Position numbers and translations under genes: made by a program
The notes under the pieces: generated by a model
What the model was told of the DNA's origin: nothing
What the model saw: only the letters and a program-made list of their open reading frames with translations
The model's database searches: none
Shown here: positions 58,961-64,000 of the stretch, one piece after another
Position numbering within the stretch: the stretch's first letter is position 1
How the letters are laid out: every line of letters begins with the position of its first letter
Source of the DNA: Theionarchaea archaeon
GTDB taxonomy: Archaea; Methanobacteriota_B; Thermococci; Methanofastidiosales; SZ-28-30
Assembly: GCA_018992685.1 (NCBI GenBank)
Contig: JACVGT010000011.1
Location: forward strand, 160,001-224,000
Length of the DNA: 64,000 nucleotides
Direction of reading: 5' to 3'

Positions 58961-61321
58961 ATGTCTGAAGAGTTTATCTTGTGGTTTGATGAAATTGGTA
59001 TGGAAGATGTACCGCGTGTGGGAGGTAAGTCTGCTTCTCTGGGAGAAATGACTAAGGCCGACGTGCCTGTTCCCTTTGGGTTTACCACCACAGCTGCAGC
59101 TTATCAATCCTTTATTACTCAATCACACCTGGAATCCGTGCTTGAGAAGTCATTGTCGGAGTTAGAAGACCCTGAAGATACTAGGACCCTCCAGAAGGTG
59201 GGAAAGAAGATCAGGGAGGCCATCCAGAACGCAGAAATGCCAGAAGCATTGGAAAAGGTTATTAAGGAGGCTTATAAGGAGCTGACTGCCAGATATCAGA
59301 AGGAAGGAGGCTCTGGAGAGCCATATGTGGCCATTCGTTCTTCTGCAACGGCAGAAGACCTTCCTGATGCCTCGTTTGCGGGGCAACAGGAGACATATTT
59401 GAACGTTGTGGGCGCCCAGGAGGTTGTGGAGAGGATACAGGAGTGTTTCGCATCCTTGTTCACTGACCGGGCCATCTACTACCGTATACAAAAAGGATTT
59501 GAACATATGGAAGTTTCTCTGGCTGCCATTGTGCAGTTGATGGTATTCAGTGAAGCTGCAGGTGTCATGTTCACTCTGAATGTGTCCAACGGAGATCGGA
59601 ACGTGGTTCAGATTGAGGGCGCATACGGGCTGGGAGAATATGTAGTTCAGGGAAAGGTGACACCTGATGTGTATTACGTGAATAAGGAATCACTATCCAT
59701 TCAGAAGATCATTTCTGAGAAAGATGTGATGCTCATACGGAAGGAGAAGGGTGGAGTTGAAGAAAAGAAAGTTCCTGCCTCAAAGAAGAAAGAACAGGTA
59801 GTTACTGACGAGCAGGTAGTGCAGCTGGCTGAATACGGGAAATCAATTGAAGCCCATTACAGAAAGCCCATGGATATCGAGTGGGGACTGGATCAGAGAA
59901 CAGATAAATTATGGATACTGCAAGCCAGACCAGAGACTGCCTGGGCTGCACGAGGACGAACAGAGGAAGAAAGAGGGGAAATGATAACGACCAAGGAAAG
60001 GAACATTATTGTGAAAGGGCTATCTGCATCTCCGGGGATAGCTGCAGGTAAAGCTCATGTGATCATGGATGTCACAGGTATCCATCAATTCCAGCAGGGG
60101 GAAATCCTGGTGACGGAAATGACTGCACCTGATTGGGTCCCTGCCATGAAGAAGGCAAAAGCTATCGTTACCAACTCGGGTGGGACAACCTGTCATGCTG
60201 CAATTGTGTCCCGGGAGATGGGCATCCCCTGCATTGTGGCTGCTCAGGGAGCTACCGATGCTGTGACCAATGGTCAGGACATTACTGTGGATGCCACCAA
60301 TGGTGTGGTGTATGAGGGTATTCTGGAAGAAGCAGTTGCTGAGAAGAAGGAAGAGAGAGAAGTTGCTGCAGAAGTGGCACCAGTGACAGGTACGAAAGTG
60401 CTGATGAACCTAGGGGACCCTGATCTGGCCGAGAAGTATGCAGTACTCCCCTGTGATGGGATAGGACTGATGCGGGAAGAATTCATCTGGACCACCTTCA
60501 TTCATGAGCATCCCAACTACATGATCGAGATCGGACAGTCAGAGAAAGTGGTAGATATGCTGGCTGAAGGGTTCAGGAAGGTGGCAAAAGCACTGTATCC
60601 CAGGCCTGTGGTGTTGCGGCTTAGTGATTTTAAGACCAGCGAATATCGAGATTTGAAAGGTGGTGACAAGTTTGAACCTGAGGAACCTTCTGCACTGCTG
60701 GGGTGGAGAGGCGCCTCCCGGTACTATGATCCAGGATATGTTGAAGCCTTCAAACTGGAATTGACGGCAGTCAAGAAGGTCAGAGAGGAGTTCAGGTTGC
60801 AGAATCTGTGGGTCATGATTCCCTTCTGCAGGACTGTGGAAGAGTGTAGAAAGGTCATTACCATTATGAAGGAGCAGGGACTGGAGAGAGGACCTGACTT
60901 CAAGATCTGGTTAATGGCAGAGATACCTTCCAATATTGTACTGGCAGACAAGTTCAGTGAGTATGTTGATGGATTTTCAGTGGGTTCCAACGACCTGACT
61001 ATGTTGATATTGGGCGCAGACAGGGACAATGACAGAATTGCCTCGATTTTTGATGAGAGAGATCTGGCAGTGAGACGTTCGATCAAGCACTTGATCGAGG
61101 TAGCTCACGGGAAGAGGAAGACTGTCTCGATTTGTGGACAGGCACCATCTGTCTATCCAGATTTCACTGAGTTTCTGGTGAGGGCAGGAATTGATTCTGT
61201 CTCTGTGAACCCTGATGCTGTCAAGTCCACCAAGAAACTGGTGGCTCAGGTTGAACAGAGGATTGTTCTGGAGAAGGCTACAGGAAGAGGAATTGCCGCA
61301 GATGAAGATCTGGAGTGGTAG
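58961..61321 (+). CDS. ppsA: Phosphoenolpyruvate synthase
   Basis: VGGKSASLGE, RSSATAEDLPDASFAGQQET, GTTCHAAIVSRE, GSNDL, SICGQAPS. Confidence 0.96.
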   Translation: MSEEFILWFDEIGMEDVPRVGGKSASLGEMTKADVPVPFGFTTTAAAYQSFITQSHLESVLEKSLSELEDPEDTRTLQKVGKKIREAIQNAEMPEALEKVIKEAYKELTARYQKEGGSGEPYVAIRSSATAEDLPDASFAGQQETYLNVVGAQEVVERIQECFASLFTDRAIYYRIQKGFEHMEVSLAAIVQLMVFSEAAGVMFTLNVSNGDRNVVQIEGAYGLGEYVVQGKVTPDVYYVNKESLSIQKIISEKDVMLIRKEKGGVEEKKVPASKKKEQVVTDEQVVQLAEYGKSIEAHYRKPMDIEWGLDQRTDKLWILQARPETAWAARGRTEEERGEMITTKERNIIVKGLSASPGIAAGKAHVIMDVTGIHQFQQGEILVTEMTAPDWVPAMKKAKAIVTNSGGTTCHAAIVSREMGIPCIVAAQGATDAVTNGQDITVDATNGVVYEGILEEAVAEKKEEREVAAEVAPVTGTKVLMNLGDPDLAEKYAVLPCDGIGLMREEFIWTTFIHEHPNYMIEIGQSEKVVDMLAEGFRKVAKALYPRPVVLRLSDFKTSEYRDLKGGDKFEPEEPSALLGWRGASRYYDPGYVEAFKLELTAVKKVREEFRLQNLWVMIPFCRTVEECRKVITIMKEQGLERGPDFKIWLMAEIPSNIVLADKFSEYVDGFSVGSNDLTMLILGADRDNDRIASIFDERDLAVRRSIKHLIEVAHGKRKTVSICGQAPSVYPDFTEFLVRAGIDSVSVNPDAVKSTKKLVAQVEQRIVLEKATGRGIAADEDLEW

Positions 61322-61654
61322 TAAAATTCCTTTTCTTCATTTTATTGGGATTGAGATGTCTCTTCATGACTTCAGAAGACATTATAGAAGGTGACTTTCA
61401 TATCGGGTTGTACCTCCATATGGGGGTTCCTTCCGGGAATTTCTGCAAGAGAATTCTTCTGGCACGAACCGTTGGAGGAGTCTTTCAACATCTTGAAGGT
61501 CGATCTACTACGGTGGTCACGGTAGAAGATTCTAGCCCTGAGCGAAACCCTTATATACTACGGAAGAAAACCGAGAGAAGGAATTACTGATAAGAACATT
61601 CGTTTTTTATCCAGTTCAATTCTGAAAAATAACCCAATTACCGGAGGTGATATT

Positions 61655-61981
61655 GTGAATCAAGACCTAGACAAGTATATAACTTGCATCAAGGGAGAGT
61701 ACAAAGGGGAGATAGTCTTGTTTTCCCTGAGTAACTGTGCACGCTGCAAGAAAGTCAAGAAAACTCTCAATGAAATGGGTGTTCAGTACTACTACATAGA
61801 TATCGACCGTGCTGATGAAAAGGACAGACCACGGCTCATGGAAACTGTAGAAAGGTGGAATCCCGCTTGTGTTTTCCCCACTGTGGTCATCAACAAGACT
61901 ATCTGTGTTACGGGCGATCCTTCCCGGATCTCCGACACTCTGGAAGAGTTCTGTCTTCCAGCAGTAAACACCCAGAATTAA
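61655..61981 (+). CDS. Glutaredoxin-like protein
   Basis: LSNCARCKK CxxC; NP..VFPTVVIN; GGAGGTG RBS. Confidence 0.8.
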   Translation: MNQDLDKYITCIKGEYKGEIVLFSLSNCARCKKVKKTLNEMGVQYYYIDIDRADEKDRPRLMETVERWNPACVFPTVVINKTICVTGDPSRISDTLEEFCLPAVNTQN

Positions 61982-62139
61982 GCCGAGTACAAGAGTGCTT
62001 AAGCACTCTTTCAGCTGCCTCCTGTCTTCTTCTGTAGCATTGTAACTCCTTCTGCCGAAGCTGTATCAAAAATCAAATCCACATACATTTCAAGACTGAC
62101 GGGAAAAGCTTATTAATGAGGAATCACACGTTCTTTGTT

Positions 62140-62883
62140 ATGCAGAAAGTAATCATTATTGAAGATCTAACCAAGAGATTCGAAGATATTACGGCAATAG
62201 ACCATCTCACTCTTGAAGTACCCAAGGGAGAACTTTTCGGCCTTCTGGGCCCAAATGGGGCCGGAAAGACCACAACTATCAACGTCCTGTGTGGCATTCT
62301 CGCCCCCACTTCCGGGAAGGTGATGGTTGGTGGATACAATGTTTTCACTGAACCACGGAAAGTCAAGTCCCTCATCGGTGTCTGTCCCCAGGACACAGCA
62401 GTCTACGATTATCTAACAGGGAGAGAGAACATAGAATTCTTCGGGCACCTCTACAACCTGCCCCAGGAGACCCTCGCGAGAAACTCAGCTGACCTCCTCC
62501 AAAAGATGGAATTGACTGATCACCAGAACAGAAGAGTCAGCAAGTATTCAGGGGGCATGCGCCGGCGCATCAACCTTGCCATGGCGTTGGTCCATAGCCC
62601 GGAGATAGCATTTCTCGATGAACCCACAGTTGCCATGGATCCCCAGTCTCGCCATGCGGTTTGGGACTTTATACGAGAACAAAAGAGCCAGGGGAAGACC
62701 ATCATACTCACCACCCATTACATGGAGGAGGCAGAGGAACTCTGTGATCGAGTGGGAATTATTGACTATGGACGACTCATTGCCTTCGGGAGCCCAGCAG
62801 AGCTTAGGCAGAAATACAACGCTGAAAACCTTGAAGACGTCTTCATTCAGCTTACCGGGAGACGCATTCGGGAGGCGGTATGA
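62140..62883 (+). CDS. ABC transporter ATP-binding protein (DrrA/NodI-like)
   Basis: GPNGAGKT, YSGGM, FLDEPT, TTHYM. Confidence 0.95.
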   Translation: MQKVIIIEDLTKRFEDITAIDHLTLEVPKGELFGLLGPNGAGKTTTINVLCGILAPTSGKVMVGGYNVFTEPRKVKSLIGVCPQDTAVYDYLTGRENIEFFGHLYNLPQETLARNSADLLQKMELTDHQNRRVSKYSGGMRRRINLAMALVHSPEIAFLDEPTVAMDPQSRHAVWDFIREQKSQGKTIILTTHYMEEAEELCDRVGIIDYGRLIAFGSPAELRQKYNAENLEDVFIQLTGRRIREAV

Positions 62884-64000
62884 TGAACAGCGAGAGAATG
62901 CTGGCCTTTACTAGGAAAAACCTCAAACAAATAGTGCGAGAACCAGCAAGCTTGTTCCTTGTTATTCTATTTCCCGTGGTCCTGACCCTGGTCTTTGGGA
63001 TATCCTTTGGAGGCATTGGAGGAGAACAGTCGGCAGTCTACGACATCGGTGTGGTAACCCTGGATGCCGGAACGTATCCTGTATGGGCTTTAACGTTTGT
63101 GGATGCTCTAGATTCTACGGAGATCCTGATTATCAGGAGGTATGAAACCCTGGAAGCGGCCCAGAACGATCTGATACAGGGGTCTGTCAAGGCAGTACTG
63201 GTTATTCCGGAACGCTTTGGAGAGAGCTGCACCTCTTTTGTCCAAGCTCCTGAAAATCCTGCCCTGTGGGTTGAGTCTACTGTTGACCTATTCCTGGATA
63301 GTGGGTCCATGTTTGCCACCCAGGCCATCCCACCAATCATTCAGCAGGTCTTGACAACGCTGATTGCAGGTGAACAGCCCACCGTCCAGCTCCCGGTTCA
63401 CCTGGGGATTCCCTCTCTCGTAGAGGCAGAATCTCTTACCGTGTTTGACTACTTCACACCCGGAATTTTTGCCTTTGCCGTCATCTTCTTGACGATGATC
63501 GTAGCACAGACATTCACCGTGGACCGTGAGAAAGGGCTTCTTCGCAGGATTAACACGACTCCTGCTTCTCCTTTCGAAGTCATTCTGGGCTACACCATAT
63601 CCAATATGGGGCTGGCTGTGATTCAGGTGGCTGTCGTCTTTGCCATGGCTTTCCTGGTGGGGTATTCTACTCCTGCAGGACTTCCTGGTTTATTCTTCGC
63701 CTTCGTCATTGTTATGGTATTTGCCCTATGTTCTGTGGGGTTCGGACTGATCACAGCTTCCATAGCCAAGACGCCTGGAGCTGCTACTGGAATCTCTTTT
63801 GTGTTCATCGTGCCTCAGATGTTTTTGGGAACCTTTGTTTCAGTGGGACTGTCTTCTGTTGCCCAGACCGCAGGGAAATTTGTCCCCAGCTACTATGTGA
63901 CCGATGCCCTGACCTCCTTATTGCTACGAGGGGCACCTGTAACCAGTCAGACAGTGGTACTGGATTTTGTGGTGGTCACTGCAGTTAGTATAGGAGTTCT
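62880..64000 (+). CDS. ABC-2 type permease, 3'-truncated by window edge
   Basis: ATGA overlap; MMNSERMLAFTRKNLKQIVREP...; DREKGLLRRI..TP; multiple TMs; frame open to window end. Confidence 0.9.
   Translation, partial: MMNSERMLAFTRKNLKQIVREPASLFLVILFPVVLTLVFGISFGGIGGEQSAVYDIGVVTLDAGTYPVWALTFVDALDSTEILIIRRYETLEAAQNDLIQGSVKAVLVIPERFGESCTSFVQAPENPALWVESTVDLFLDSGSMFATQAIPPIIQQVLTTLIAGEQPTVQLPVHLGIPSLVEAESLTVFDYFTPGIFAFAVIFLTMIVAQTFTVDREKGLLRRINTTPASPFEVILGYTISNMGLAVIQVAVVFAMAFLVGYSTPAGLPGLFFAFVIVMVFALCSVGFGLITASIAKTPGAATGISFVFIVPQMFLGTFVSVGLSSVAQTAGKFVPSYYVTDALTSLLLRGAPVTSQTVVLDFVVVTAVSIGV

Noticed and set aside
44-63988. Numerous 60-240 aa ORFs overlapping the called genes
   Set aside because: Shadow ORFs antisense or out of frame to well-supported genes, without motifs or expression signals

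Overview
This 64-kb window is gene-dense archaeal chromosome. It carries aRF1, archaeosine tRNA-guanine transglycosylase, Orc1/Cdc6, Alba, archaeal NusA-like, LSm, RNase Z and F420:NADP reductase genes, BRE/TATA promoters and many apparently leaderless starts. Gene content and style suggest an anaerobic, peptide-fermenting euryarchaeon such as Theionarchaea or a relative (inference, not tested). Housekeeping genes (pyrH, prf1, tgtA, glnA, tdh-kbl, cdc6, albA, rnz, nadC, npdG, ppsA) are mixed with many cell-surface proteins and proteases. I saw no complete rRNA, tRNA, CRISPR array, transposase or integrase. The accessory features I rank highest are: (1) an orphan NLTPH-motif protein (possible Crn4-type ring nuclease) converging on an unannotated ~120-nt structured RNA candidate with its own TATA box, next to a tRNA-3'-end-like remnant; (2) a Kiwa-like two-gene defence insert between prf1 and tgtA whose KwaB carries an extra PKD domain; (3) a single-pass membrane protein with an N-terminal C4HC3 RING-like finger and an external beta-propeller; (4) an intact heliorhodopsin; (5) two duplicated LysW-like proteins lacking the carrier C-terminal Glu; (6) a small secreted Gly/Pro-rich peptide. 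All family calls come from recognising motifs by eye, with no database search.
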